DNA of 62,459 nucleotides, counting the filler, from Hausera hauseri (Eukaryota), in assembly GCA_046269625.1 (NCBI GenBank). It is 12 parts of 12 records of this genome, joined end to end, with 100 filler letters (N's around TTAATTAATTAA, not from the genome) between each part and the next. Parts side by side here need not be neighbours in the genome. Positions count along the whole stretch, not along the records: positions 34,656 to 38,765 come from JBJURY010754652.1; positions 38,866 to 44,477 come from JBJURY010220852.1; positions 44,578 to 49,073 come from JBJURY010553672.1; 9 more parts are not named here. The stretch is one strand, 5' to 3'. Below, in pieces: positions 34,656 to 48,700 of the stretch. Positions within the stretch are counted from its first letter, which is position 1. Every line of letters starts with the position of its first letter. The notes under the pieces were generated by a model. It did not search any database, had not been told where the DNA came from, and saw nothing but the letters and a program-made list of their open reading frames with translations. A program made the position numbers and the translations under genes.

Positions 34656-37600
34656 CTGGGGAAGGTAATGCAAAAGAGGGAAAAGAGGTGATTGTAGGTT
34701 AATTATTCCGGTTTTCTGCGATAGTTTCGGAAGGTGGTAGGTTGAGAGGGGAAGTAGAAATAGGCGAAGGTATAGAAATAGGGTGTGGAGAAGAAGTAGT
34801 GATAAAAGTAGGAGGAGAGGAAAATGCAGAAATTGGGACAGGAATGGAATAGGTAGGTGACGATGTAGGCACAGACACGGGGGCAGCAGAATAATGCGTT
34901 GTAGACTGGGGAATTGAAGTCGGGGTAGTGGTAGGTACAGGGATGAAAAATAGGTTGATGTTTCGATTGGTGACATATCGTAGACGTAAAAGCGGGTTTT
35001 AAATTAGTAATATGAATTACAACTTCTTTCCCATCCTTGAGAATAATAGCGGTGTGCAAATACAGTTGCATTAATTTATAGGGTCCTAAGTACTGTGGCT
35101 GGAAACCACACGATATCTAATTTTTTAACCATACAAACTTTGCCGAGTATAAATCTTTTGGTATATAAGATTTGTCATTATGTAAAAGCTTGCAGAACGA
35201 GTTTTGCTGATTTTCACGACGTGATCCTGTGCTTCTCGTATCCTCTCGTCTATAGGAGTCTCTTCAAGAGCGGTTAGCCAAAACAGTGCCCGTACAGGAG
35301 TTCCGAATAAAGCTTCCGTTGGTGAGCATTCTGTGAAAGTAGACGGAGTGTTCCGCCAGCCAAGCAGAACAAACGGAAGAAGAGTAATCCAGTTTGTGTT
35401 GGACTGTGCAAGGGTTCTAAGTGATGTTTTCAATGTTCGGTGGAAATGTTCTAGAAGGCCATTAGATTGGGGATGGTAAGGCGTTGTATGGATGTGACTT
35501 ATTCCCAGTCGATTGACTAGGGATTTGAATATATTTGATTCAAATTGAGGACCTTGGTCTGAGATGATATAACGAGGAGACCCGAACCTACTAATCCAAT
35601 TACGGATGAAAGTATGGGCTATTATGTCAGTGTTCGTGCTCTGCAGAGGGATGGCTTCCGGCCATCACCAGGAACGATCAATCGTTGTCAGAATAAATTG
35701 GTGGCCGTTGTCTATTGGATGAGGAACAACGATATCAATACGTACTGTTTCAAAACGTGATGTGCAGCGAAAATGGCATAATGGTGGTTTAAATGTTTTA
35801 GTTTTATATTTCTAACAAGCCACGCACTCTTTAATCCATGCTTGCACATCGGAGCATATGGATGGCCAAACTACTTCAAGTTGAAGTAAGCAAAACGTTG
35901 CCTTGGCACCAGGATGATGTAATGAATGAACCCTATCAAATGTTTGTTTGCGTAAAGATGGGACAAGAATTATTTTGGAATGTCCTGGTTTGGAAGTATC
36001 TAAAGCCACGCCATCAACGATGTGGTGAGACTTGAACGACTTGAAAATATCTTGAGATGGCTGATTTTCTTGAAGTTTTGTCTGAGTAAAAATTGGTGAA
36101 AAATTGATTGAACCGACTGATTTAGATAGGAAATCGGCAACTAGATTGTCAACACCGTCAATATGTTTAATGTTGAAGTTAAACGTGGATAAACATGAAA
36201 TTTGTCGTTCTCGTAGAGTTGAAGGGTGTTTTATTGCCATTATAATAATCAACGGTTTGTGATCAGTCTGTATAACAAAATGACGAGCTGTATGTAAATG
36301 AAAAAAATGTCTTAAAGCAAGAACAATTGCCAACAGTTCCCGATCGAAAGTTGAATACCTAGTTTCTGGTGGCGTTAATTTTTGGGAAAAAATTCTAGGG
36401 CTGATTTTCTCCTTTATACAACTGGTGTAGTACGGCGCCTACTGCGATGCTTGATGCATCTGTAGTCAGAATTAGCTCAGCATCAGGCTTAGGAAATGAT
36501 AGTATTTCAACAGTCTTTAGTCCTTCGCGTAGCCTATCAAACTTATTAACCAGTTGCGGTGTCCACTAGATTTTACTGGTGTTCATTCCTCCGATTAAGT
36601 GTGAAAAAGGTGCCGTGAGTTCTGAACAATATGGAATATATTTGTGAACGAAATTCAAGGTACCAAGAAAACTGCGCATTTCTGTGGTTGTCCTAGGTAG
36701 TTGGCCTTTTTTAAGAGTCTCAACTCTATCAGGCTGGGGTGAATGGCCGTTTCATGAGATAATATGTATAAGAAAATTAACGCGTTTTTGGAAGAAGTTA
36801 CATTTTGAAAAATTGATCTGTAGGTTGAACTGATTAAGTGGTTTAAAGATAGATCGTAAGTATTCCTCGTGTTGTTTAACAGAAGAAGAAGCAACCAAGA
36901 TATCGTCAATCTATGGATGCGCAAAAGGGAAGTCTAAAAGGATTGAGTCGACGTGTCGCTAAAAAGTTTGTGCAGCATTCCGGAGATCGAAAGGCATGTA
37001 CAAGTATTCATAAAGACCGAAAGGTGTGGTAACTGCAGTTTTCTCGATGTCTTCCGGTACGACAGAAAATTGGTGGTATGCTTTGGCTGAATCAGTTGTT
37101 GAATAAACTGTAGTAGACTTCAGCCGATGTAATGTCTTTGCTCAATGGTAATGGATATGCATTTATAATAGTTAAAGTATTAATCTGACGGTAATCGCCG
37201 CATGGTCGGAAAAATCTATCCTTTTCTGGACAACGTGGAGAGGCGAAGACCATGGGGATTTAGATCTACGGACAATACCAGATTGTTCGAGTTCAAAAAA
37301 TTCCGCTTTTACTGCCTGCCTGCGACGAGGTGACAATAAGCGGACCTTTTGTTGAATTGGTCTTTGGTGTCGTGTAATTATATGGTGATAAATGCCGTTT
37401 ACAGGGGTAAAATTCCGATCTTTCTGAAGTATACGAGGAAAAGAAGTATTGATGAATTGTTTTAAACTTACGGGTAGTTGCTGGAATATTGGAAGTGACT
37501 ATGACCCAAGGTTTCTATCAGTACTTGGTGAATGTTGATTGATTGCTGGTGGGGAATCGAGTGGAGTTTGATGTAGAATTGTCGTGTTGGAGACTTTATT

Positions 37601-38765
37601 TGAGTAAGAGTTGTTGTTCAATGATTTTACTGAAGATACAAGATCGTGAGTGACGATACTGAGCTGTGACTGGCTATAGACATTGTCCTTTGAAAGCATA
37701 CGAGGTAAAAAGTGATAGTTAAGCGATTTAGTATGAAGTATTGACTGTTTTAAGATTGATTGCCTACTTACTGTTGGCTGTGCTGTCGTTGGGGTGCTGC
37801 CTATTTCTGTACTACAGTCTTTAGGTGTATTTGATTTCAAGCATCGTTGGTTACAATCGACTAGCAAGTTATAGTGTGACAGGAAATCGGAGCCAAGTAT
37901 TGCCATCTCGACGTTAGCGACTGTAAACGTCCAATGAAATGATGGGGAAAATTTTGGGAGAGTGAGAGATAATTTTCAAGTTCCGGCAATATAAAGGGGT
38001 TAACCGGAGGCGGTGTATAATTGTTTTATTTTAAGTGAAGAATGCTGAACCGGAAAAGAAAGTGGTAGTAATGAGATAGCTGCACCGGTATCTACGCGAA
38101 AGTCTATGGATTGAATGTTAGAAGTAGAGATATCAGCTTCTAGTGTAAAGACTGCAAAAGAAGTGTGTCGGCAAGGAGAATTAGGTAATTTGCCTCTGCC
38201 AGATTCTACCGTGTAAACTGGCGGAAAAATCAGTTTTTTGGATTGGTGAGTTGGGACGGTTATTGTTAGGAAAACTGGAACGTCTATCAGTGGTGTAGTT
38301 ATGGTTAGTTTTATAGTTACAGCCTGAAATACAATTCCGAGCATTAAGTCCAAATTTTGCATGATAGATACAAACAATGTTATCTGAGTGTAGATGCGAG
38401 GAATAATATTTACACCCTAAACAGCATTTATTTGCTTTGTTCTTAAATTTGTCATGATAATAACGTGTAAATAACCGCGTTGTTCACGGTGTTCGATTTC
38501 TGGAAAGAGAACGCGTTCGATGAGGGGAGGAAGCATTCCTTTGATGTAATAAAAGGTCATTCAGCTTATCATTGATGGTGTTGATTGTATGTCGCAGTGC
38601 CACATTTTCGCCGCGTAATTGGTTGAATTGGTGCTCTATAGATATATGTCGTTGATTGTCATCGGTCGTAATTGCGGCTGATATGATGGGTTGTCATTGT
38701 ATTTGTAAGACTTCGTGTACTTTATCGGCCAATTCAGCTAGTTTATCTAAAGCTGTAGAATCCTC
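34656..38765 (-). mobile_element. Gypsy family A, degenerate gag-pol
   Basis: Protease VDTGAAIS (38000-38377), RT about 36900-37400, RNase H TDHKPL and integrase HHCC (35812-36333), integrase core 35125-35750. Confidence 0.92.
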
Positions 38766-39194
38766 NNNNNNNNNNNNNNNNNNNNNNNNNNNNNNNNNNN
38801 NNNNNNNNNTTAATTAATTAANNNNNNNNNNNNNNNNNNNNNNNNNNNNNNNNNNNNNNNNNNNNTGAAAATTGATCATGAACTTTCAATTAAAATGTTT
38901 TTTGAAAAGAGAATTATGTATTTATAAATAACCTCAATGGAAGTATTATTTGTGAAATAGGAAATGTTTACATGTTGTATTTTCCATAGTTTGACGTGCA
39001 AATGATTACTATTTTTTAAATATTTTTTTTTTCCTTTTGAAGAGTCAGAGTGGGAAGATTTTTGAGGATTCCAACCCCAAATGCTTTGACTCCGACTCCG
39101 CAACCCTGTTTGAAAGTATACAGAACGCTGGTGCTTCCGGTGTTTCATCATGCACTGTATATAGACACCAAGTTTAACTACAATTTGGAACATC

Positions 39195-39285
39195 AGATTT
39201 GATGTGAAGGTAGTTCGTATCCCAGATCATCGACTGTCATAAATGCGTTTTATTGGCGAATTACAGAATGGTAATCGTTCACATA
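39195..39285 (+). mobile_element. Short RTE-type LINE ORF2 3' remnant
   Basis: VVRIPDHRLS*MRFIGELQNGNRS resembles the RTE C-terminal HVxRMxDxRLPK..YGEL..GxR pattern. Confidence 0.45.
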
Positions 39286-39333
39286 CTTACCAAATTAAAA
39301 AACCTGGAGGGGGGGGGGGGTACAAGTACCCCC

Positions 39334-41437
39334 TAAGGTAGGGGGAATTTTCCAGGGCGTGAGCAAAGGATACAAACCTCAGATAAAAAAGAACAATATT
39401 TGTAAAGTTGTGTCAGAATGTGTGCTGATACCCTCCATGGGTGACCTACCATTTCCAGTCTCTGTAGTCTGCAACCAAATTTTATCTAATAGAATAAATC
39501 CGCTTTATGGTGTTAAGCATTCTATTATTTGCTAAAGTTGGTCTCCACGAGTGCTATTTGTTATCTATGCTCCAAGTTTTCTTGAATCTTTATACAAATG
39601 TCCCAACACATGATCTCGAAATAGAATAAATCCGCTTTATGGTGTGAAGCATTCTATCATTTGCTAAAGTTGGTCTTTACGAGCGCTATTTGTTATCCAT
39701 GCTCCCAGTTTCCTTGAATCTTTATACAAATGTCCCAACACATTATCTCGAAATACTTGTTCTTGGTGCCATAGATTGCACGGTCCATTCATAGTGCTCG
39801 GTGAATGACTCATGGTTTCCTGAATCTGAACTTCTTGGGAGACGCTCGGCACAGAATGATAGTAAACTCTAGAAGTTCACCGTGTTCGTCGCGTGGTTGA
39901 GACGATGTCAATTTCTGGTTGCATAACAACACGACGTGTTCCTTGTGGCCGAAAAATACGGTGGAAACTACAGAATCCAGATCTGGCGTTATTGACTCAA
40001 ACTTTTTTTGGTCAATGCAATTCTAGTTTGTCTTGAAACGTTTGAAGATAACTAGGTCAGGTCCTGTCGAGGGACAAACGCATGTTGCAAAGGCAGCTTC
40101 CACCACCAGTTCTAGAATGTCGTTATGGCATGCAAAATGAATAGTTGAATTCTTAATTGTTGCTGCAAAATGGTGTATGCATCAAGTTCTGACCCAGTAT
40201 TTCTGGCTGTAGTATTAAAGCTCATGCTCACTACCTTGTTCTGCAACTGCGAATCCAGGATAGACTGCTTAACGGCAGCTGCTGTTGCTTTACCAGTCCC
40301 TTCTGGCAGTGAGTGACAATGAGAAGAAGACGGTCAACTTTTTCGTTGTCATCGTCTGAAAATAATGTGGATGGCATAGCGGTCGCTGATCTTGGTGCAG
40401 TCAATGGCTGCAGTGAGCTCTGGTGTGACCATGTGCCTCCTTGCTCAACGTGGCCTCTTCGTATCAGACGGACCTGCAAATGTTCTTTGATCACTGGCTT
40501 CAGCTTCTGACTATGATACTGACACCAACAAAATAACAATGTCTCGAATTGCTTGCTTCTCCATTTCGTGCCATGCTCTTGCAGTCAACAGCTCATTGTG
40601 TCGAAGCGTGTATTCTTCTTTTGCATGTAACACGGTGTCTACATTTGCCATAAAACCTCGACGACCTGGTTCACGTTGTTCTTGAAGGAATTTGGGGTGC
40701 TCCGAAATTTTGATGAGCTGAAATGCATCCACATGAGTGATGTTTAACAAGTCTTGAAGGCTGGTTTGAAACCCTTCTTTCGTTAACTTAGGTTCAGATT
40801 ACCTACTCCTTCCTTTCAGGGTAGACCTGTAGTCTTCCAGTTTTCTCCAGTTTTGCGATGATGTTTCGCTTGTGTGGCGCAGGTATGCATACTTTCTACC
40901 AGGTGCACAATGTGTCTCTCTAACAACAACCATTGTCACGCTCCTGATCTCCAGTTTGTCAACGTGATGTAACTTGCAGTATCGATGGAAAGCCTCTTTC
41001 CAAAATGGAAGTCGAGTTTCTGGTAATTTTTCAATTGGGAATCCGATCAGTCACACTTAATGTTGTTGTCTTGTGGCAATCTATCAAACGGATGTGCCAT
41101 TCTAGCCCTAAGACAGGAACTAAATCTAATTTAATTAAAAAGTTATTAAGACGATTAAACTATTTCTGCTGTCAAATTAAATCAATATTGAAGAATATTT
41201 AAATTATTGTTTAGCATCTACTGAAGGTCTTCATGCAGCGGGACCACAGCTTGGTAACTAACGATAAAACATTTTGGGTAATAAAAGTACAGGAAAACAT
41301 CAAAATCCAAAGTTCCTGAGGCAGTGTTAAAAGGTGAAGAAGAAGTAAAACTTTGCCCAACCTATTTTTATGCTAGTTGAATAAAAATTGCAAAAGCACT
41401 TCGGTAAAATATATGTTAGCTTTTAAGGATCACCCTA
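39334..41437 (-). mobile_element. Degenerate hAT (hATm-like) DNA transposon
   Basis: Terminus TAGGGTGATCC at 41437. Transposase remnants FLQEQREPGRRG, VDRLLLIV, SFNTTARNTG, FACHND.LELV, STGPD..FKRF, QPRDEH.ELLE. The left end is uncertain. Confidence 0.7.
39488..39754. repeat. 132-bp tandem duplication inside the hAT relic
   Basis: A unit starting AATAGAATAAATCCGCTTTATGG occurs at 39488 and 39620 with scattered mismatches. Confidence 0.9.
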
Positions 41438-42269
41438 AGGACCACCAGTTAGTTAACAAAACTAAATTCTTTTTTTTGTAAACAGTGCGTAAAACTTCAA
41501 TAGAAAATAGGGTTATATTCAATTGTCTGCAAAGGCAATAAGGCTTAGATATTATTTTCATGGTGATCGACTATGGATATTCCATAAATAATGCAGTGGT
41601 CTTTATCTATCGCTTGGATCATGGAATAATTCACTGAAAATGTCGGGTAAAATTACTGATGAAAGTCGTGGATCAGAAATGAAGAATGTCCCAAAGCAAA
41701 GGAATAACATTGTGAAAAGGAAAATTCACATCTCATCTATCTGACAACACCAAAAGAAAGCGCGAAATCCTAATCGTCACAATTCCTTCAGAAATGCCTT
41801 CGTATCACATGAAACGCACGTTTCATCCTGATGTTACATACCCAATTGAAGGAGTTTGACACAGTGAAATGAATAATCCGTAATAATATATCCATAAAAT
41901 TATATCTACTGATAACAGATTTTTGCATCTATAAATTCTACTTGATAAATAATGTAGTTTATAATGTAGTGAATAAACAAATCTGATTTCTCTAATGGAT
42001 TATTATGGGAGTTTTTTCATAATTGAAGATAAATGCTTTAAATAAGAAGTTGTTATTTAAAATCAATAAGAGGACTTGTCTTTTTTGTGGCTTCTCCCGT
42101 GAAGTTCCATCGTCATTTTCATAAAAATCTAATGTTAAAGGCAATATTTGAAAGAAAATTTGTTTAAATAATTTTTGTTACATTTTGTGAGTTATATGAA
42201 TTATCATTGATTTTTGACGACTTTGCCAATGAATCCCTGTTATTTGAGGCATCTGCCTTAGTTGCGTTA

Positions 42270-44477
42270 TGTTACGGTGGGCCATAAACAATACCCAATT
42301 ATAACGATGATTTATCAGAAATTTTATACTGGTTCAAATGCAGGAAGATCTGGTGTTCTCGCTCAGATGATCGTGCCTCCATCGACTTGAATAATTTAAG
42401 AGATCAGTAATTCTAAACTTATTCGACTTCTACCAATTTTTTTGGCATTTATAGATTTTCACCAAATGTAGGCGTCCTGTCAATTTGGATTTTTGGTTGT
42501 TTATTTATAATTATTTTTAATTCTCTTTAGCCATTTTTATTCTCACTGCATTGTTTCGGTGATTGTTTAATTATTTACAATTTCTACATTTGCTAAATGA
42601 GTTTTTGCCACCATCTCTCATAAGCCGCATCTGATTAATAATTCGGTTATAATTTTATATAATAATTTGTTTTGTACATAATTACAGGTCTTTACTCTCT
42701 TAAGAGCGTTACGCAGTTGTCTATCCATTTAGAACATTTCTCCATGAGTGACGAACTCGGATGTATTGACAATCTCAGCAGAGGAGCGACGGTGATCTCT
42801 TCTTAATTGGTCTAATCTGCGACGTAAACTTCCATCAGGATCTGTCTTCGGATTCACTTCTAATTGGTAACTCGTACTGTGTTGGTTTAATCGAATCTCT
42901 GATCCGATTGCCCTTCATTGAGCAAAATATAGTTTGGTTGCTTCCGCTCGACATACTGGATATATAGTATTGGCGTTTTACAACGTCCATTTTTCTCGGC
43001 AGTCTCCACAATAACGATGTCTGCAATCGATATTTACAAATATCGAATATCCCTGCTTTAGGCTAGCTTCACGCGCAGAGCATTCGTCATCTTTTTCATC
43101 ATCCAGATCAAGATCAGCTACGATTTCAATTTGTTCGACCACGAGACCTTTCCGGTATTGGTATAAGTATCCGAATAATTCCTTTTGTTTAGGGTCTGTC
43201 GAACTTCTCGAGTCATTGTTTACGGCGATTAGGGTCCATTTAACGATTTCTTGTTTATCGAGATCGAGTATGCCTATTTATTTGTAGTTTCTTCAATTGT
43301 ATCTTCACTTAGGAATCTACCGGTATCGTTAATTTTTTTGTTCCAATTTTCCAAGTAAATCTTCGAAAAGAGAATGTTTAGATTTCCATTTTCCTTTATC
43401 ATATGTTCTTTCATCCAATTTTTCTATTTTCCGACGTTCTCTGGCGGTTTAGTAGTTATTGTCGCCTTGTTCAGAGACTTTTGTTTTGAATGATTGGTAG
43501 TTGATCGGGCGCTAGGAGAAGAATTATAGTTTGGAACTTCAGTCGTCACAGTGACCTGAAAATGGTTGTCTTTGGCTCATTAGTCGTTTTGGAGAATGAT
43601 TGCGAAATCATATTATATATGTAGTCTCGCTGGGTTGATAGTGCTGTAGAGATTTTGGGTTGGTTCATGGGATCGGTTCATGATCCCAGCTCAAGGATAC
43701 GTATATATTCCTCGAGTACTGAGTTTGCTGACTAGAGGTTAGTAGCTATGCTAACTTGAAATGCTTGCCATTTATGGTTTCGAACATTAATTTAAATCGC
43801 GGAATTTCTGTGCCGGGTGGTAATAGATGACCGTTACTCCGTAACAATAATTGGTTAACTTGGGTTTTTCCATTTCTCGAACTCCGGTTATAATTGTTCG
43901 TTCCATTTCCACTGAGTCTAAAATCATTTCGACGCCATAACCGACAATTGTGCATCCGTATAAACAGTGCTTAACTTCCTCTCTGAGCTTATTGAAATCT
44001 TTTCCTTTGACCAGTTGCTCTCTTCGAGTGCCGGTGAAATCTGGGAACGTATCTTTTAACTTTATTCTGGGTGCAATTCGCTTGCTCATTATTTCAATTC
44101 CATAGATGTCGCATATTGAGATTTCAATTTGTACACCCCATCCATCTTTGTCTTTTCCGTAGCTTAACGCTAAAATTCTGGCATCGCTTCTATCTGAGAT
44201 GAGTCTGTATGAGCCTTTACAGTTTTATCTTTTTCAGAGGGCTGTAGTCGACCCTCCAGTGCTGGCAATGACTCTGGCGGTTGGGTTTCGCAGGTCACTT
44301 CAATCATCAGTAATGTGGGGATATCGCTGATAGTCGTGGACTATAGCTACATAGTTCATATGTGCTGTTTCCATTGATGCCCTTTTGAGGTGTTCCTAGG
44401 CTGACCAACTAGCCTGTATTGTAGTTCCTCTTCGGCCAGATGGATGTATAGCTGTTGATGGAATACTGGTTCATTTG
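42270..44477 (-). pseudogene. Degraded long ORF with a REX4/ISG20-like DEDDh exonuclease fold (about 43690-44190); probable retroelement fragment
   Basis: ILALSY...EISICDIYGIEIMSKRIAPRIKLKDTFPDFTGTRREQLVKGKDFNKLREEVKHCLYGCTIVGYGV parallels the REX4 core (VSIVN..G..LYD.YV.P...V.D..T..SGI...L...F......V...L.G.I.VGH). Intronless, A-rich sense strand. Confidence 0.55.
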
Positions 44478-45735
44478 NNNNNNNNNNNNNNNNNNNNNNN
44501 NNNNNNNNNNNNNNNNNNNNNTTAATTAATTAANNNNNNNNNNNNNNNNNNNNNNNNNNNNNNNNNNNNNNNNNNNNTCTTGGCAAATTCCAAACAGTCC
44601 AGATTTTACCCCCCCCCCCCCAACAAAACAGGAAACGTACCCCCCAAAACATGGAGTCTCTTCTGTTTTTCTTTCACATGAAATCTTTGAGCTATGCTAA
44701 AAGTCACTAGAATTTAAAGTTCTCAGAATTCAAGAGCTGTTTTTTTCTGTTTCAATTCAGAATTGATGTAACTCAACATTCAGGCAGTCTTTAGAAGATG
44801 GACCAATCAGTTAATTCCTCAAACAGGTTAATTAAATATGGCCTTCACTGATAATTCATTTGCTCCTTTGTGTAAGTATTTAAAGTCTATTGACAAAAAC
44901 CATTTTTTGTGATATACCTTTGATGTTCCAAATTATTTTCTAAATTTTCTGTCCTTCGTTCTTTTATTCAGATGAAATTGCAAACATCTAGACTCTGTTT
45001 TCTGATCAGCTGATTCCTGAGGCGGAGGATCTTTGCTCCTGTCATTGAGGAGCTTCTGCAGGCGCTCGGTCAACTCACTGTGGAACTGCTTGTGGAGAAC
45101 AAGGCTTGACCCGGAAACGGACGATTTCTGGCCTGAGGAAGGGCAGCGACGCTGCGGTTCCAGCAAACTTGAATTAGGCTCTAAACAGAGAAAAATAACA
45201 GCACAGATTAACACACATGCATACATACAGATATGCGCTATGTTGATATCGGTTATCAACTTTGTTTACCAGGTCTTGATAATGAGGTGATTTTCTGAGT
45301 TGGCATCCTTAGCATTTCAGAGGCAGATAATTTGCTCCAGTTAGAGCTGCTGTAGTTTGAACAAACAAGACAACTTTTCATTATGAAACCTCACCACATG
45401 GCAAAATTGTACCGCTTAATGTCACAGCGGATGAAAAACATAAACAAAGAAAGGGTTCTGATACAATTAACGTGGATAACAGCAATTCTCGGCAGGAACG
45501 GCAAATCCCACCGGTGGCATTGTCGACAATTAACAACAGAAACATTCGAGCCAGGGTGGAAGGTGAGAACAAAATCGAACCTATTACAAAAATGTCTTCA
45601 ACATCTGTTTCACCGTACGACAATGTCCCCTTCGAGATACTTATCATTAAATATATTTGTCTTTCTATAAAATCTAATTAATGTTTAAATTTCTGGTATG
45701 TTTTATAAAATAAATGGTCTGAATGAGTTTTAACA

Positions 45736-48700
45736 ATGAAACAGGATTATGATGAAAACCTCACACCATATAACTGTGAGGCTACTTGTAAAACAAGCAC
45801 TAAAAATGAAGTCCGATCTTATGTGAGACCCGAAATAGATATAGAAGTGAACGGGTATTTATTAACTGCCTTGATAGATACGGGTTCTATGACTACAATA
45901 ATGGGAAGAAGCCAGTTGCCGAAAGGACTGAAAAGCAAACTACGGAAGCCCGAAGAAACACTGGTTAATGTGGGAGCATTCGGAATGGAAGAAGAAATAA
46001 AAATGGTCTTAGATGCGAAAATTAAAATATGTGACCAAACAATAAACCACACCATAAGAGTAGCTGAAAACTTAACTAATGAAATACTTATCGGATGTGA
46101 TGTGCTACATCAATTGGACAACGCATAGGTTGATGTTAAAACTGGCCAACTTAAAAAGTTTAAGAGGGAACGTTATGAAGAAACCGTATCTCTGATTAGA
46201 GACGTTACAATTTAGCCACGTTCAGAAGTAATAATATCCGGTAGAATAAAGTGTAGGTTGCCAGCGGTGTGGGTACATTTCGAACCGTTTTTTCAAATAA
46301 TGGAAAAATACGACATCCTGGTTGCACCACATGTAGACAAAATAAAAGACAGAAAGGTTCATTTGAGAATTTGCAACACTGGAACAAAAGAGAAACAACT
46401 AAGACAAAATACCCGATTTGGACAGGTAACAACGATTGAAGAAATATCAAAGGAAGAGGTTAATTCCATCGTTTCGGATGTAGATAAAATTGAAAAAATG
46501 ATGTTGGAGAAATTTAAAAAAGGCGCCAACAAGACAAAGAAAAGAAGGTCACTCCCATTGATTGGGAAGAGAAGTTACAAAATTCTAAAATATTAACCAA
46601 AGAAGAAAAAGATATGTTGATTCAATTGTTGGAAAATAGTAGTGGTCGATTTGCTCAGAATGACTATGACTTAAGGACAATGAAAGTCATTCAACAGCCC
46701 ATCAAGTTAAAGGAAGGGCAAGAAAACCCCATCAAGAAACGACCATATAAGCTAGCCTACGATAAAAAAGAGGAGGCTCGAAAAATTATAAAAGAGATGA
46801 GGGAGAATAAGATAATACGACCAAGTTGTTTATTTTGGACAGCCCCTGTGGTGATGGTTAAAAAGAAAGATGGCGCGATGAGATTCTGCATAGATTATAG
46901 AGCACTAAATGAAATAACAGAAACCGACACCTATCCACTACCAAGGATTGATGAAATATTAGATAAATTACATGGCTCGACGATATTTACCACCACAGAC
47001 TTACAAAAAGGGTATTGGCAGGTAGAGGTAAAGGAAGATGATAAACCCAAAACGGCGTTCTCAATAGGTGAAGGATTATGGTAATTTAATAGAATGCCTT
47101 TTGGATTAAAAAACGGACCACCAACTTTCCAACAAGGAACGGAACTATTACTTTTAGATGCGCCACATGCTATGGTGTATATTGAAGACGTAATAATAGC
47201 ATCTGCAGATTTTCAACAACATCTGAAAGATTTACAGGATCTTTTCGATAGATGCGAAATTATGGGTCTAAAAATAAATCCAAAGAAATGTATGTTTGCT
47301 CAAGCCGAAGGCGATTTCCTAGGACATCGAAGTGATAGGAATGGTGTGAAACCTCAGGAAAGATTAATAGGCAAGGTCAAGGATTTTCCAAAACCAACCA
47401 CGGTAAAAGAATTACATCGATTCCTAGTGTTAGCAAACTACTATCGAAGGTTTATAAAGGATTTCAGTATGATACCCAAACCCCTTTATGAACTATTACG
47501 AGAAGGTTTAGAAAAGTATTGTGGACTAAGGACTGTCAAGAGGCTTTTGAGAATTTAAAGGAGAGGCTATTAAACGCTCCTATTTTAGCTTATCCCGACA
47601 TGACTAAACCATTTATATTGGCAACTGATGCAAGTGATTACGGAGTGGGAGCGGTATTACCACAAAAAGATGTGAATGGTAAGGAACATCCAATAGAGTA
47701 CGCGTCAAGGAAATTAAATAAGCACCAAAAGAAATATTCCGTAATGGAAAAAGAATTGTTGGCGGTGATATTTGCATTAGAAGTATTCTCCCCCTATATT
47801 AGCGAAAATAAGTCATTAGTGATATACACGGATCATCGACCATTACAATGGTTAAAAAAAACATGAGAATCCCAACAGCAGATTATTACGGTGGGCACTA
47901 AAACTTCAGCCTTACACGTTAGAATTTCGATACAAGCCTGGTACACGCAACGCGAACGCGGATTATTTATCCAGGATGCCGCAAGAATCTAAAAAAAAGA
48001 AGTAGTAGCAGCCGCATGGAGCATGGATGGATCTGAGGAAAAAATAAAGAAAAATCAGCGAGAGGATGACGAGATAAAAACAATAAGGAATTTTAGACAA
48101 AATAAAATTGTACCAAAGGATAAAGAATTAGCCCGTCATTTAGCCAGATTCAGTGTGGCCTACGAAGAGAAAGATGGATTTTTTATACTATATCCATCAG
48201 AATGGGCCAACATTAGTAATTCCCAAGAAGAACAGAACAGTATTATTAACTCAATACCATGATGGATTAATAGGCGGACACCAGTCAGCAAGAAAGACGA
48301 TAAATAAGTTAAAAAGAAAGTATTTTTGGCCAACTATGATAAAAGATGTCCAAGACTGGTGTGACAGTTGTAAGTTATGCGCCACCAGGAAGAATACCGG
48401 AACCAAATTTAGAGCTCCTCCAAAAGTATGGGATAATCCTCCGGCTCCATTCGAATTTACCGCTATGGACATAACTGGTCCGTTACCACTAACAAGAAAT
48501 GGTAATAAATATATTTTAGTATTCATAGACTATTTTACGAGATAGGTTGTGGCCTTACCTATGCCGGATATGAAGGCTGATACCATTGCAGTGAAATTTG
48601 TATAGAATATCGTGTTTAATTATGGAGCTCCAAAGATTTTACTTACAGATCAAGCATCGAATTTGACGGGTAATGTGATTCAGGCTATATATAACATTTT

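Noticed and set aside
34501-34700. Contigs 6 and 7 as one continuous gypsy element
   Set aside because: Separated by a spacer, and each has its own diverged integrase.
42270-42310. TGTTAC at 42270 as the 3' LTR end of the Gag-X family
   Set aside because: Only the terminal few bases fit; no alignable similarity to the 54911-55757 LTR.
44933-45681. ORFs upstream of pol as a divergent gag
   Set aside because: No capsid or knuckle motifs; 44990-45180 looks like an unidentified minus-strand host exon, too weak to name.
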